DNA of 64,000 bases from Gemmatimonadota bacterium (GCA_039586365.1 JBDHKN010000017.1:20735-84734), one strand, 5' to 3'. Positions 19,603 to 29,892 are shown, numbered from the stretch's first letter. Numbers and translations: made by a program. Notes: generated by a model from the sequence alone, not told the origin.

Positions 19603-20724
19603 ATGGACACAGTAGCTGAACTGCTGCGGCAGTCGGGCTTTGCTAACCTGGGCCTCGGTAACCTGGCGATGTTTGTGATCGCTGGGGTCCTCATCTACCT
19701 GGCCATCACAAAACACTACGAACCCCTTCTTCTGATCCCCATCGGATTTGGCGCCATTTTGGCCAACCTGCCGTTGGCGGAAATGGGATCGTACGGAGAA
19801 GGCATTATCAGCCTGATCTATGAGCAGGGGATCAGTACAGAGCTTTTGCCTCCTCTGATCTTTCTCGGGGTAGGCGTCCTTACCGACTTTCGCCCACTAC
19901 TCGGTCGCCCGCTCACATTTCTGCTTGGTGCTGCGGCGCAGCTCGGGATATTCGTAGCCGCACTAGGGGCGGGTTACCTGCTGAACTTCAGTCCTCAGGA
20001 AGCGGCATCAATAGGGATCATCGGAGGAGCAGACGGACCAACCTCAATCTTTCTCACGGCCCAACTTGCACCTCACCTATTGGGACCGGTGGCGGTGGCA
20101 GCCTATAGCTACATGTCGCTGGTACCGATCATTCAGCCACCCATCATGCGGTTGCTCACGACGTCGGAAGAACGAGCGATTGACATGCCTCAGGCGATAC
20201 CGGTGTCGCGGACGGCAGTGATACTGTTTCCGATCGTGACCGGTACTCTGGCTTCACTCGCCATTCCTTCGAGTGCTCCCCTCATCGGAATGCTCATGTT
20301 TGGCAATCTTCTTCGTGAGTGCGGAGTGACTGATCGACTACGCAAGACAGCCGGTGGATCGATGATTGACATAGTAACCATCTTTCTGGGTCTTGCAGTG
20401 GGTGCGACCATGGACGCGGAGCACTTCTTGAGCCACCGCACCATTCTGATTCTCGCTCTCGGGGCTGTAGCCTTCGCATTCAGTACCGCCGGTGGCGTTG
20501 TATTTGCCAAGGTGATGAACCTGTTTCTGAAACGGAAGATCAATCCCTGCATCGGTGCTGCAGGCGTGTCTGCAGTTCCCATGGCGGCACGTGTGGTGCA
20601 GAAGTTCGTGTCCGACTCGACCGACGGTCGCGTGAATCCCTTGATGCCCGCCATGGGACCGAACGTGGCTGGCGTAATTGGCTCGGCAGTGGCCGCTGGA
20701 GTGTTCCTAACCCTGCTCAGTTAG
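19603..20724 (+). CDS. oadB: Na+-translocating decarboxylase beta subunit
   Basis: EPLLLIPIGFG, GIIGGADGPTSIF, AAYSYMSLVP, GVSAVPMAARV, AMGPNVAG. Confidence 0.95.
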   Translation: MDTVAELLRQSGFANLGLGNLAMFVIAGVLIYLAITKHYEPLLLIPIGFGAILANLPLAEMGSYGEGIISLIYEQGISTELLPPLIFLGVGVLTDFRPLLGRPLTFLLGAAAQLGIFVAALGAGYLLNFSPQEAASIGIIGGADGPTSIFLTAQLAPHLLGPVAVAAYSYMSLVPIIQPPIMRLLTTSEERAIDMPQAIPVSRTAVILFPIVTGTLASLAIPSSAPLIGMLMFGNLLRECGVTDRLRKTAGGSMIDIVTIFLGLAVGATMDAEHFLSHRTILILALGAVAFAFSTAGGVVFAKVMNLFLKRKINPCIGAAGVSAVPMAARVVQKFVSDSTDGRVNPLMPAMGPNVAGVIGSAVAAGVFLTLLS

Positions 20725-20953
20725 GGCTCCCACAGCCGAAGGTGCCACTCCCCTTCCGACGGTAATGGGGGTCGGTATACTGGGGAGTAGGTCATTCCTG
20801 CCAACCTCCAACGCATCTCCACGCACGTTGGCAACGTTTGCGGTGTGACGCTAAACCCTCCGGTGACCTTTGAGGCGACGCTGGTAGTAGCCAAGCGAGA
20901 TCCCGACGGTTACGTAGTTGGATCCGCCAGCCTACGAGCCGTAGTGGCCAGTA

Positions 20954-22681
20954 ATGGAGGCAGAAATGTGGTCCGTGAAGATAGATCCCCGCAATTCGAA
21001 GGAGTACATCGCGGTATCTGAGAAGGGCCGCCCAGTGCTCCTCAATCCGTTTACGAACAAGAGCACAGCCTTTACTCAGGAAGAGAGAGACGCTCTTGGC
21101 ATCGCAGGATTGGTGCCACCCGCAGTCTCCACCATCGAGCAGCAGCTGAAGCGGACGTACGAGAACTTCAGGGCATATGCAACCAACCTAGAGAAGTTCA
21201 TGTTCCTGACCAGCCTGCAAGACCGTAACGAGACTCTGTTCTTTCGCCTTGTGCATGAGCACATCGATGAGATGATGCCGATCGTCTATACGCCGGTTGT
21301 AGGAGAAGCCTGTCAGAAGTTCTCCCACATCTATAGAAGGGCCCGCGGACTATACATCAACTATGAGCAGCGGGACTTCATAGAGAGCATCCTTCCCAAT
21401 CACCCCAGACCACCTGGGGTGATTGTGGTAACAGACGGGGAGCGCATCCTGGGCCTAGGTGACCAGGGCGCCGGTGGTATGGGCATCCCGATCGGGAAGC
21501 TCTGTCTCTACACTCTGTGTGCTGGGATTCCACCACACCTTACTCTGCCAATCATGCTCGACGTAGGAACAGACAACGAAGAACGCCTGAAAGATCCGCT
21601 GTACTTGGGCTTGCGCCAGAAACGGATACGGGGGCAGGAGTACCAGGACTTCATCGACAAGTTCGTCAATGCTGTCCGGAAGGTCTATCCGGAGGCCTTG
21701 CTGCAGTGGGAAGACTTCCTCAAGGGTAATGCGATCTACCAGCTCAAGCGGTTCCGCAATGAGTTCTGCACCTTCAACGACGACATTCAAGGGACTGCCG
21801 GTGTGGTATTGGCGGGCGTGTATAGCGGCCTTAGGATAACGGGTGCAGCGATGAAGGACCAACGCATCCTCTTTGCGGGGGCGGGAGCGTCTGCGCAAGG
21901 GATCTCTGACCTGCTCGTTTCGGCGATGCTGGAAGAAGGTCTGGCCCTGGAGGAGGCCAGGAAGCGGATTTGGACAGTCGACAGCCGTGGACTCGTAACG
22001 GAAGATCGCGCTGGTCTTGAAGACTTTAAGGCAACGTACGCACGGGGTGTGGAAGAAGTGGCGGCGTACAAGTGCCAAGATTCTTTACGGATTACGCTAG
22101 AGGAATCCGTGCTAAATGCGAAACCGACCATACTGATTGGCACGTCCGGAACGTCCGGAATGTTCACCGAATCCGTCGTGCGCGCGATGACCGATATCAA
22201 CGGGAGGCCCATGATCTTCCCGCTATCCAATCCCACAAGCAAGAGCGAATGCACTGCGGAGCAAGCGGTGCACTGGTCTGATGGGAAGGCAATAGTGGCC
22301 ACCGGGAGCCCATTCGAGCCGGTCGAGTACAATGGGAAGCGGTACCGTATCGGTCAGGGGAACAATGCATTCATCTTCCCTGGCGTCGGTCTCGGCGTAT
22401 GGGTGGGACAGGTCAAGCGTATCACTGACGGGATGTTCCTGGATGCAGCCAAGGCTCTGGCGAGCCAAGTAAAGGACGAGGACCTGGCTGCGATGGCAGT
22501 GTACCCGGAACTGACGCGAATCCGCGAATGCTCCCACTCAGTGGCGTGTGCCGTTATTCGCCGCGCCGTGGCAGAGGGACATGCTAGGGAGGAGGTCTTG
22601 GAAGATCTCGAGAGCACGGTCGAGAAGGCAATGTGGTTCCCAGCGTACCGTCCGGTGCGGTACGAACCTCGCTCCTGGTAG
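20954..22681 (+). CDS. maeA: NAD-dependent malic enzyme (large-subunit type)
   Basis: YTPVVG, VTDGERILGLGDQG, QWEDF, FNDDIQGT, GAGASA, PLSNPT, QGNNAFIFPG. Confidence 0.93.
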   Translation: MEAEMWSVKIDPRNSKEYIAVSEKGRPVLLNPFTNKSTAFTQEERDALGIAGLVPPAVSTIEQQLKRTYENFRAYATNLEKFMFLTSLQDRNETLFFRLVHEHIDEMMPIVYTPVVGEACQKFSHIYRRARGLYINYEQRDFIESILPNHPRPPGVIVVTDGERILGLGDQGAGGMGIPIGKLCLYTLCAGIPPHLTLPIMLDVGTDNEERLKDPLYLGLRQKRIRGQEYQDFIDKFVNAVRKVYPEALLQWEDFLKGNAIYQLKRFRNEFCTFNDDIQGTAGVVLAGVYSGLRITGAAMKDQRILFAGAGASAQGISDLLVSAMLEEGLALEEARKRIWTVDSRGLVTEDRAGLEDFKATYARGVEEVAAYKCQDSLRITLEESVLNAKPTILIGTSGTSGMFTESVVRAMTDINGRPMIFPLSNPTSKSECTAEQAVHWSDGKAIVATGSPFEPVEYNGKRYRIGQGNNAFIFPGVGLGVWVGQVKRITDGMFLDAAKALASQVKDEDLAAMAVYPELTRIRECSHSVACAVIRRAVAEGHAREEVLEDLESTVEKAMWFPAYRPVRYEPRSW

Positions 22682-22703
22682 AGCCGGGTAGGGGTGATTT
22701 CTT

Positions 22704-22737
22704 GGGGGGCGCTTTTGTCCTGCCCCCTCCTTTCTTT
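22704..22737 (+). terminator. Probable intrinsic terminator after the malic enzyme gene
   Basis: GGGGGC...GCCCCC stem followed by a T-rich tract, between convergent genes. Confidence 0.5.
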
Positions 22738-22752
22738 CCGCGCAGAGTATTC

Positions 22753-23445
22753 TCAGGATATAGCCCACAGTGCTGCCCTGCGAGCGTGGATCTCAGTGGT
22801 GTCAAACAGTGGCACGGGACTGTCCTCTTGCTTCACTAGCAGCGAAAGCTCGGTGCAACCCAAGATAGTTCCCTCGGCGCCCCTGCTAGCCAAATCCCTG
22901 ATGATCTCTGCGAACTGGGTCCGGGACTCGTTGTTGATGTTCCCAGCACAGAGTTCCTCATAGATGACTCGATGTATCATCTCGCGTTGGTGCTTGTCAG
23001 GTATCAAGACTTTCAAGCCGTGCATGTCGCTCAGCCGATCCCTGTAGAACGCCTGCTCCATGGTGAACTTCGTGCCCAGCAGCCCGATTCCATGAATACC
23101 AGATTCCCTCACACTGCTCGCAACCGCATCAGCAATGTGGAGTACAGGGATCTCGATGGCTCTCTGAATTGCGTCGGCCACTCGATGCATGGTGTTTGTG
23201 CACAGAACGAGGCAGTCAGCACCTGCTGCCTGGAGGGATCGGGCGGCTTGGGCGAGAATGCTCCCGGTCTTGTCCCACGCACCTGCGTGCTGCAGTTGCT
23301 CTATCTCATGGAAATCAACGCTGTGCAGCACGATCTTGGCCGAGTGTAGACCTCCCAATTGGCCATTGATCGTGCGGTTTATGATCTGGTAGTAAGAGAC
23401 CGTCGATTCCCAACTCATGCCGCCGAGTAGGCCAATTGTCTTCAC
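22753..23445 (-). CDS. Aspartate/glutamate racemase family (YgeA/RacX-like)
   Basis: IGLLGGMSWEST; both catalytic Cys present (CTNTMH, GCTE). Confidence 0.92.
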   Translation of the reverse strand: MKTIGLLGGMSWESTVSYYQIINRTINGQLGGLHSAKIVLHSVDFHEIEQLQHAGAWDKTGSILAQAARSLQAAGADCLVLCTNTMHRVADAIQRAIEIPVLHIADAVASSVRESGIHGIGLLGTKFTMEQAFYRDRLSDMHGLKVLIPDKHQREMIHRVIYEELCAGNINNESRTQFAEIIRDLASRGAEGTILGCTELSLLVKQEDSPVPLFDTTEIHARRAALWAIS

Positions 23446-23520
23446 CGGACTGCTCCTGTGGTCTGTGACTGTGACGAGGATCCGACCGCCGCTCGGTTGC
23501 GCTGGTCAGGTCCCAGTGGA

Positions 23521-24771
23521 CTACTCGCCAGGGAATCTCGTGACGTGAACGGGCTCCTCCAAAAACATCGCGTGGAGCGTGTCACCCTCACGTACGTCCA
23601 GGTGATCTTCTGGCACGAGGATCAGCGCGTTCGCCTTTGCCATCGAGGTGAGGATGCCGGATCCTTGCCCTCCGGTTAGTCTCGCGACCAGATGCCCGTT
23701 GACCTGTTCGACGACAGCCCGTAGAAAATGATGCAGCGGTGCTCGCAGACTTGTGCGCTCACCCATTCGAACGGGGACTGTCCTACGAAACGGGTGATCG
23801 TGACCCAGCATTGTGCGAATCACGGGACGAACGAATAGCTCGAAGGTGACCATTGTGCTCACTGGATTGCCTGGGAGCCCGATCCACGGTTTCCCTCGCA
23901 GCAGGCCAAAGGCTATCGGGCCGCCCGGCCTCATTCGGACACGCCAGAATCGCATTTCGCCACCTTGTTCCTCGACCACCTGTCGGAGGTAGTCGTGTTC
24001 ACCGACGCTTACTCCACCGGAAGTAACCAGCAGATCCACTTCCCTCACCGCGTCCAGCCTGTCCCTCAGATCCTGGGGTTCGTCCTGCCCGATGCCGAGG
24101 TCGACAGCTACCCCTCCCGTCGCTTTGACCATCGCAGCCAAGGTGTAGGAATTGGATGAGGCGATCTTTCGCCCGTCCAGTATCGCCTGTCGCTCGCTCA
24201 GGTCAGCAAGCTCGTTCCCTGTTGCGAGGATACCCACCAGTGGTTTTCGGTGGACCCGCACTTGTTCCGTTGCGAAGGACGCCAAAACCCCGATCTGGGC
24301 AGCCCCCAATTGGGTACCGGCTACCAGCACGAGGGAGCCGCGCTGGATGTCTTCACCGCGCTGTCTGACGTTCTGTTTGGCGTCGCGATCGTCATCGATC
24401 TGTATGGCCCCGGCCTCAAGTTCGCTGGTGTCTTCCTGGCGAATGACCGAATCGGACCCCTCGGGGATGGGAGCCCCAGTGAAGATCCTGGAACACTGAC
24501 CGAACCCCACCACCTTCGTGGGGACAGCGCCGGCTGCGATTCGATCCACCACCACCAACTTCACCGGGCAACAGCCCAGGACATCGCTACTTCGAACGGC
24601 ATAGCCGTCCATGGCGGCGTTGTCCCAATGCGGTAGGTCAATAGGGCTGGTGATTGCGTCTGCGAGAACCCGACCCAAGGCGTCGGCCAGGGGTACAGCC
24701 TCTGGCGGCAGAACTCGTACAGTGCTGAGGATGTTGTGGGCGGCTTCAGCTGGCGTCAGCTTATAGAGCAT
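23521..24771 (-). CDS. moeA: Molybdopterin molybdotransferase
   Basis: AMDGYA, IFTGAP, TGNEL, SGGVSVG, GLPGNPVS. Confidence 0.95.
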   Translation of the reverse strand: MLYKLTPAEAAHNILSTVRVLPPEAVPLADALGRVLADAITSPIDLPHWDNAAMDGYAVRSSDVLGCCPVKLVVVDRIAAGAVPTKVVGFGQCSRIFTGAPIPEGSDSVIRQEDTSELEAGAIQIDDDRDAKQNVRQRGEDIQRGSLVLVAGTQLGAAQIGVLASFATEQVRVHRKPLVGILATGNELADLSERQAILDGRKIASSNSYTLAAMVKATGGVAVDLGIGQDEPQDLRDRLDAVREVDLLVTSGGVSVGEHDYLRQVVEEQGGEMRFWRVRMRPGGPIAFGLLRGKPWIGLPGNPVSTMVTFELFVRPVIRTMLGHDHPFRRTVPVRMGERTSLRAPLHHFLRAVVEQVNGHLVARLTGGQGSGILTSMAKANALILVPEDHLDVREGDTLHAMFLEEPVHVTRFPGE

Positions 24772-24783
24772 GGTGCCGGAACC

Positions 24784-25392
24784 CTAGTGATCGACCAGGC
24801 TACGCCACAACTCCTGTGCCTTCGTGAGATCCGTGGGTGTGTTGATGTTGAACAGAATGGTCTCAGGATCTCCGTAGCGCTCCACTTCCTCCCGTGATAG
24901 AGTGCCCAGGTTGACGGAATCAAGAAACCCTGACGCTCTGAAATCCTCGTCCGCGAGGTGCTCTCGGATCGCAACCAAGCAGCTGGGTTTGTACACGGCA
25001 CAAAGCGGTTCCAGGCGGTTCTTCGGACCGCTACTCTCAGGAAGGAACGCATCGTAGCCATCCGAGCGCTTCACCAGCTCCGCCAGTAGCTCGACTGGGA
25101 CGAAAGGCATATCCCAAGCCAACACGAGAACGGGTGCCTCGGAAGCACTCAGCGCCGTATAGATACCGCCAAGGCTGCCGCAGTTGCGGATCGCATCCCG
25201 GATCACCCTGAGATCCGGTCGCCAATCCGATGCCTCGGCTGCGTTTGCTATGAGCAGCGGTGACGTCTCAGTGACTGCTGCTAGGGCGAGTGCAACGCGG
25301 TCGAGGATTCTCTCGCCCCCCACTTGCTCCAAACCCTTCGGCCGGCCACCGAAGCGACTCGCTGTGCCGCCGGCTAGTATCGCTCCGCGCAC
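24784..25392 (-). CDS. mobA: Molybdenum cofactor guanylyltransferase
   Basis: GAILAGG.ASRFG, DMPFV, EPLCAVY, FNINTP; GTG start after GGAGG. Confidence 0.9.
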   Translation of the reverse strand: MRGAILAGGTASRFGGRPKGLEQVGGERILDRVALALAAVTETSPLLIANAAEASDWRPDLRVIRDAIRNCGSLGGIYTALSASEAPVLVLAWDMPFVPVELLAELVKRSDGYDAFLPESSGPKNRLEPLCAVYKPSCLVAIREHLADEDFRASGFLDSVNLGTLSREEVERYGDPETILFNINTPTDLTKAQELWRSLVDH

Positions 25393-25447
25393 GTGCAAGC
25401 CACCTCCAGCTGAGTTGCTGATATCGTGCCAATGTGAAACGGTTGGT

Positions 25448-25873
25448 TCACGGCTCGCCGCTGTACTCCGCGTAGAGTGCAGGGTCCTCGTGAACGCGAA
25501 CTCGCGTGAGTCGGACCCCCTCCGGGAGTCTGGGTGCAATTCGCCTCCAGATGTAGACGGCTAGGGCTTCCGAGGTGGGGACCCGGGCACCAAACGCGAA
25601 CTCAGGGACGTCGTAGTTGATGTGGTGGTGATCGAGTCGTTCCATCACCTCTTCACGCAGGATACCATCTAATTCACCGAGATCCATGACCATCGACGTG
25701 TCGGCGTCCGGTTGCCCCGAAACAGTGATGTGGCATTCGTACGAGTGTCCATGCCCGTGCTCGTTAGCGCACTTGCCGAATGCCTCGACGTTTCGCTCCG
25801 AGGACCACTCCGGACGGTAGTATCGATGGGCGGCGGCAAAAGACACCACCCTTGTCAGCTGAACAGTGGCCAC
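25448..25873 (-). CDS. queD: 6-carboxytetrahydropterin / 6-pyruvoyltetrahydropterin synthase
   Basis: FAAAH, C...HGHSY, LDH, PTSE motifs. Confidence 0.85.
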   Translation of the reverse strand: MATVQLTRVVSFAAAHRYYRPEWSSERNVEAFGKCANEHGHGHSYECHITVSGQPDADTSMVMDLGELDGILREEVMERLDHHHINYDVPEFAFGARVPTSEALAVYIWRRIAPRLPEGVRLTRVRVHEDPALYAEYSGEP

Positions 25874-26003
25874 GCTACCAATTTACGAAAGAGTCTGCCG
25901 GCCTGCACCACCACAACCTGTGTTGCGCGTCAACCGGCACGGTGCGCTGGATTCATGAACTGTCGTGCCGACAGTCGGTGGTCACTGTTCCGAATGGTTG
26001 GTC

Positions 26004-26732
26004 CTATGACCCGAGGGCGAAAGCCAGCCCGAAGGTGAGTACGAGATGATGGATCCATTCAGACTCATCATGGATTTGAGGATCCAACACGGGAGCTATG
26101 TCCGAGGCTGGGGCTTCTAGAAACGAAAGGGGGTAGCTGAGACGCCATATGACGTCTCGTGCCTCCAGCTTGAGAGAGAGCCGGTCGGAGGGATGTAGCC
26201 GGATGCCGACTTGGGGCCCTGTGTGAAACTGGATGGCGAACTTGAATCCAGTGATATCCTGCTTCACGTCCGAGCCAAAGACCAACCCCAGGTTGCCGCC
26301 GACGTATGGTATCAGACCGTGCCAGGTCTTCTGACCAGTGAGAAGTAGATTGGCACCGACGCCGGCGAACAGCAGGGTCTGGTTTGCAGCACCGATTACT
26401 CGGGTTTCCGGGACCGAGTTCCGGTCGATCAACGTACGCTTCAGTCTTGCCACACTGAGGTCGAGAAACGCGTCGGCCGGACCACCCATCTTGATACTCG
26501 CCTGGAGCCCTGCGAGGGGGCCGTCCGTCGGGCCAACTCCCGCCGAACCGGCTGGGCCGCTTAGATACCCGCCGGTGAATGACAGCCATTTCGTGGCCCG
26601 CAGACTCCTATAGGGGGACGATTCGGGAGTGTGACCAACCTGTGCACACAGCTCCCCAAAACCGAAGGTGGGTGATAAGAGCATGGCAGCCATTATCATA
26701 TGTTTCAGTCTGCCACTAGCTCGGTTTGACAT
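26004..26732 (-). CDS. Hypothetical exported protein, possible small outer-membrane beta-barrel
   Basis: Signal-like N-terminus and alternating beta-strand pattern (PYVGGNLGLVF, LKLEARD, LTFGLAF); true start probably near 26702. Confidence 0.55.
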   Translation of the reverse strand: MSNRASGRLKHMIMAAMLLSPTFGFGELCAQVGHTPESSPYRSLRATKWLSFTGGYLSGPAGSAGVGPTDGPLAGLQASIKMGGPADAFLDLSVARLKRTLIDRNSVPETRVIGAANQTLLFAGVGANLLLTGQKTWHGLIPYVGGNLGLVFGSDVKQDITGFKFAIQFHTGPQVGIRLHPSDRLSLKLEARDVIWRLSYPLSFLEAPASDIAPVLDPQIHDESEWIHHLVLTFGLAFALGS

Positions 26733-26773
26733 CCGGCCCGCCTGCTCCTAGTATGCGGAATTTGAGATCAAGA

Positions 26774-27799
26774 ATGAGGCAATCTAGCCGCCTCCGCGGT
26801 TCGCAACCAGTCCGCTTCATGGCGCTCGCGTTTGGAGCAGGGGTTCTCACTGCTCCTCTGCAGGCGCAGGAGCTGTACCGGGTGGTGCGCTCGGAAAACT
26901 TTCGGCGCGCAGCTTCGGCCACCGCCCCCATTTTAGCCCGCGTGTCGCCGGGTTCCCAGGTCCAAGCCCACCCGTCGCAGATTGAGTGGCTCCAAGTCCA
27001 ACTTGAGGGTTGGGTCTGGTCGGCATCCGTGCGGTCGACTACGCGCGACGGCTATGACCTCGAAGTAATGGAAGAGGGTGGCGAGAACCTCCGCAGTACG
27101 CCCAATGGAGCAATCCTGGCCCGGTTGTCCCAAGGAACACTGTTGGAACAGACGGACCGCGAGGATAATTGGATTCGGGTCCGGCGCTCCGGCTGGATGT
27201 GGGCGGCTTCTCTCGAGCGACTCAGAGAGCAGGATACGAGGTCGACGGACGCTGGAGCGCCGCCGATTGGGGCCGATTCGGGGGCACGGCTGGACCGTGC
27301 CGTGCTGTCGCATGCCGCTCCGATGGTCAGAGTGCTGCAAGGTGAGGAATCAGCCACATTGGTCGAAGGCACTCCCGTGAAGATCTTGGCTCGCTCGGGC
27401 GAGTGGGTGCGGGTGCAACTGGAGGGGTGGGTGAGGGAGTCAGACTTGAGACCTGCTGCAGCCGGCGTGCTGGAGGGGGTCACCGGTGCCGAGGTGCGTG
27501 CAAGCCCGGCGGAGTATGAGGGTAAGCTCCTGCAGTGGACTGTGCAGTTTCTAGCCATCCAGGAAGCTGACGAACTCCGCAGCGAAATACCGTTGGGGCA
27601 GCGATACATGTTGGCGCGCGGGCCGTTGCCGGAAGCAGGCTTTGTGTATGTGATCCTTCCCCCCGACAGGATTGCTGAGGTCGAACGACTGGCACCCATT
27701 GCACAGGTTGTCATCATCGGACGCCTACGCGTAGCGCGTTCCCGGTACCTGGGCAACCCGGTGGTTGAGTTGGTGGATCTGGCGGTTCGTCAACCGTGA
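26774..27799 (+). CDS. Exported protein with tandem bacterial SH3-like domains
   Basis: Repeated ENFR/ENLR...W.QV.LEGWV motifs (three copies) after a signal peptide; start uncertain. Confidence 0.65.
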   Translation: MRQSSRLRGSQPVRFMALAFGAGVLTAPLQAQELYRVVRSENFRRAASATAPILARVSPGSQVQAHPSQIEWLQVQLEGWVWSASVRSTTRDGYDLEVMEEGGENLRSTPNGAILARLSQGTLLEQTDREDNWIRVRRSGWMWAASLERLREQDTRSTDAGAPPIGADSGARLDRAVLSHAAPMVRVLQGEESATLVEGTPVKILARSGEWVRVQLEGWVRESDLRPAAAGVLEGVTGAEVRASPAEYEGKLLQWTVQFLAIQEADELRSEIPLGQRYMLARGPLPEAGFVYVILPPDRIAEVERLAPIAQVVIIGRLRVARSRYLGNPVVELVDLAVRQP

Positions 27800-27809
27800 G
27801 GTAGTCGCC

Positions 27810-28250
27810 ATGGACGAGTTGTTGAAGGGTAGAATCGCAGAGAAGCTTGAGGGACTGTCTGATGAGAATGCACGGCAGCTCTTGGACTACATCGAGTTTC
27901 TCGAGTCCAAACAAAACCGTAGCTCCCGCGAGGCAACGCCGCTGGAACGGCTGGCCGAGAACGTCGAGGGTACCCTCAAAGGGAGCCGGATCGGCGGTGC
28001 CGCCGTAAAGGGGACCGCCCAAATCGTTGAAGCCGCCGGTAGCCTGATGCGTGGGTTTGCGGCTGCGGGTAAAGCTGTAGTCGATGAGTTCCAGAAGCTG
28101 GAGGAGGAGCTTGCCACCTCGGCCAAAGCTGAGGAGGCAGGATCGGGAACCGCAACCGGGGGGCACGACGCTGGGCCGCAGGGGGAAGAACCCGGTGAAT
28201 TGGACTCGAGTGACGAGACCAGCGCTGAGGCAGACGTCGAAGGCAAATAG
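27810..28250 (+). CDS. Hypothetical protein (DUF2281-like N-terminus, acidic tail)
   Basis: GAGG RBS; LEGLSDENARQLLDYIEFL motif. Confidence 0.55.
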   Translation: MDELLKGRIAEKLEGLSDENARQLLDYIEFLESKQNRSSREATPLERLAENVEGTLKGSRIGGAAVKGTAQIVEAAGSLMRGFAAAGKAVVDEFQKLEEELATSAKAEEAGSGTATGGHDAGPQGEEPGELDSSDETSAEADVEGK

Positions 28251-28274
28251 TGGTGAGGTAGTGCCGAAACCTGC

Positions 28275-28304
28275 TTGACCCGGGCGTGGCCGCACGGCTA
28301 CCTT
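28275..28304 (+). promoter_or_regulatory. Putative sigma70 promoter upstream of guaB
   Basis: TTGACC-N18-TACCTT. Confidence 0.5.
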
Positions 28305-28388
28305 GGGCTATGGAAGACCTCAATCGCAATGCTAGCACCCGCCCTGCGCTCGCGCGAGGCGGGTGTTCACGTTTCAATGAGGGATGGC

Positions 28389-29846
28389 ATGACTAAGCTC
28401 CGCCCTGGTAATGCTCTAACGTTCGATGACGTGCTGCTCGTTCCGAGGCACTCCACCGTACATCCCAAGAGCGTCGACCTGACAACTCGACTGACCCGAG
28501 ACATAGTTTTGAACATCCCTCTAATATCGGCCGCGATGGACACGGTAACCGAAGCCGAGATGGCCATAGCCATGGCCCGCGCCGGCGGGATCGGTGTGAT
28601 TCACAAGAACATGACGATCGATCGGCAGGCGGCGGAAGTGGATCGTGTCAAGCGGTCGGAAAGCGGGATGATTCTGGATCCGATCACCCTGGGGCCGGAA
28701 CGGCCGCTACGTGAAGCAGCAGGATTGATGGAGCGCTTCAAGATCTCGGGCGTCCCGATCGTAGACGGTGGTGGGTACCTCGTCGGCATCATTACCAACC
28801 GCGACCTCCAGTTTGAGCGCAACATGGAGCGTCCAATCAGCGAGGTGATGACCAGAGAGAATCTGGTTACCGCACCGGTGGGGACTACGCTCGAAGATGC
28901 CGAGAAGACTCTTGGTGAACACCGGATCGAGAAACTCCCGGTTGTGGACGAGAGTGGGCTTCTGAAGGGTCTAATCACCGTCAAGGATATCCACAAACGG
29001 CGTCTGTTTCCCGACGCCAACAAAGATCGCCACGGCCGTCTCCGGGTCGCCGCTGCTGTGGGAGTCGGCGAAGAGGCGAGTGCGCGTGCTGCGGCCCTGA
29101 TTGACGCCGGGGCCGATGCAATTGTTGTTGACTCCGCGCACGGTCATTCAGCAAACGTGTTGGAGACCGTCACGAAGCTAAGAAAAGGATTCCCGGATGC
29201 GCAGCTGATTGGAGGTAATGTGGCAACAGCTGCGGGTGCTAAGGCCCTCATCCAGTGCGGAGCGGATGGCGTCAAGGTCGGGATTGGACCTGGATCGATA
29301 TGCACGACACGTGTCGTAACCGGTGTTGGGGTTCCGCAAATCACCGCTATTGTTGAGGCTGCCCAGGGGGCTGGTGGCGTTCCCATCGTTGCCGATGGCG
29401 GAGTCAAATACTCTGGAGACGCGGTCAAGGCAATCGCTGCTGGGGCGTCGAGTGTGATGCTGGGTTCAATGTTGGCCGGTACCGAGGAGAGTCCCGGGGA
29501 GAGCTTTCTCCTCGAGGGTCGCAGATTCAAGACGGTCCGTGGGATGGGATCGTTGTCAGCGATGGAGGAAGGGTCAGCCGATAGATACTTCCAGGAGGGC
29601 GACGTCGGTCTGAGGAAGCTCGTGCCTGAAGGGATAGAGGGGCGAGTGCCATACCGAGGGCCCGTCGGTGACGTGATCCACCAGATCGCGGGTGGCATCC
29701 GGAGCGGGATGGGGTACTGCGGTGTGGCAACCCTCGAGGAACTTGCTCGTGACACCGAGTTCATCCAGGTGAGTGCTGCAGGGTTGCGCGAATCACATCC
29801 GCACGATGTGGTGATCACAAGGGAGGCGCCGAACTACAGTATCTAG
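28389..29846 (+). CDS. guaB: IMP dehydrogenase
   Basis: [19 protein letters not shown] pair, [11 protein letters not shown] catalytic motif, VPEGIEG. Confidence 0.97.
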   Translation: MTKLRPGNALTFDDVLLVPRHSTVHPKSVDLTTRLTRDIVLNIPLISAAMDTVTEAEMAIAMARAGGIGVIHKNMTIDRQAAEVDRVKRSESGMILDPITLGPERPLREAAGLMERFKISGVPIVDGGGYLVGIITNRDLQFERNMERPISEVMTRENLVTAPVGTTLEDAEKTLGEHRIEKLPVVDESGLLKGLITVKDIHKRRLFPDANKDRHGRLRVAAAVGVGEEASARAAALIDAGADAIVVDSAHGHSANVLETVTKLRKGFPDAQLIGGNVATAAGAKALIQCGADGVKVGIGPGSICTTRVVTGVGVPQITAIVEAAQGAGGVPIVADGGVKYSGDAVKAIAAGASSVMLGSMLAGTEESPGESFLLEGRRFKTVRGMGSLSAMEEGSADRYFQEGDVGLRKLVPEGIEGRVPYRGPVGDVIHQIAGGIRSGMGYCGVATLEELARDTEFIQVSAAGLRESHPHDVVITREAPNYSI

Positions 29847-29892
29847 GTCACCGAGCGGGGATAAGCTGGAGGTGGCCCGACGATCTCGACGC

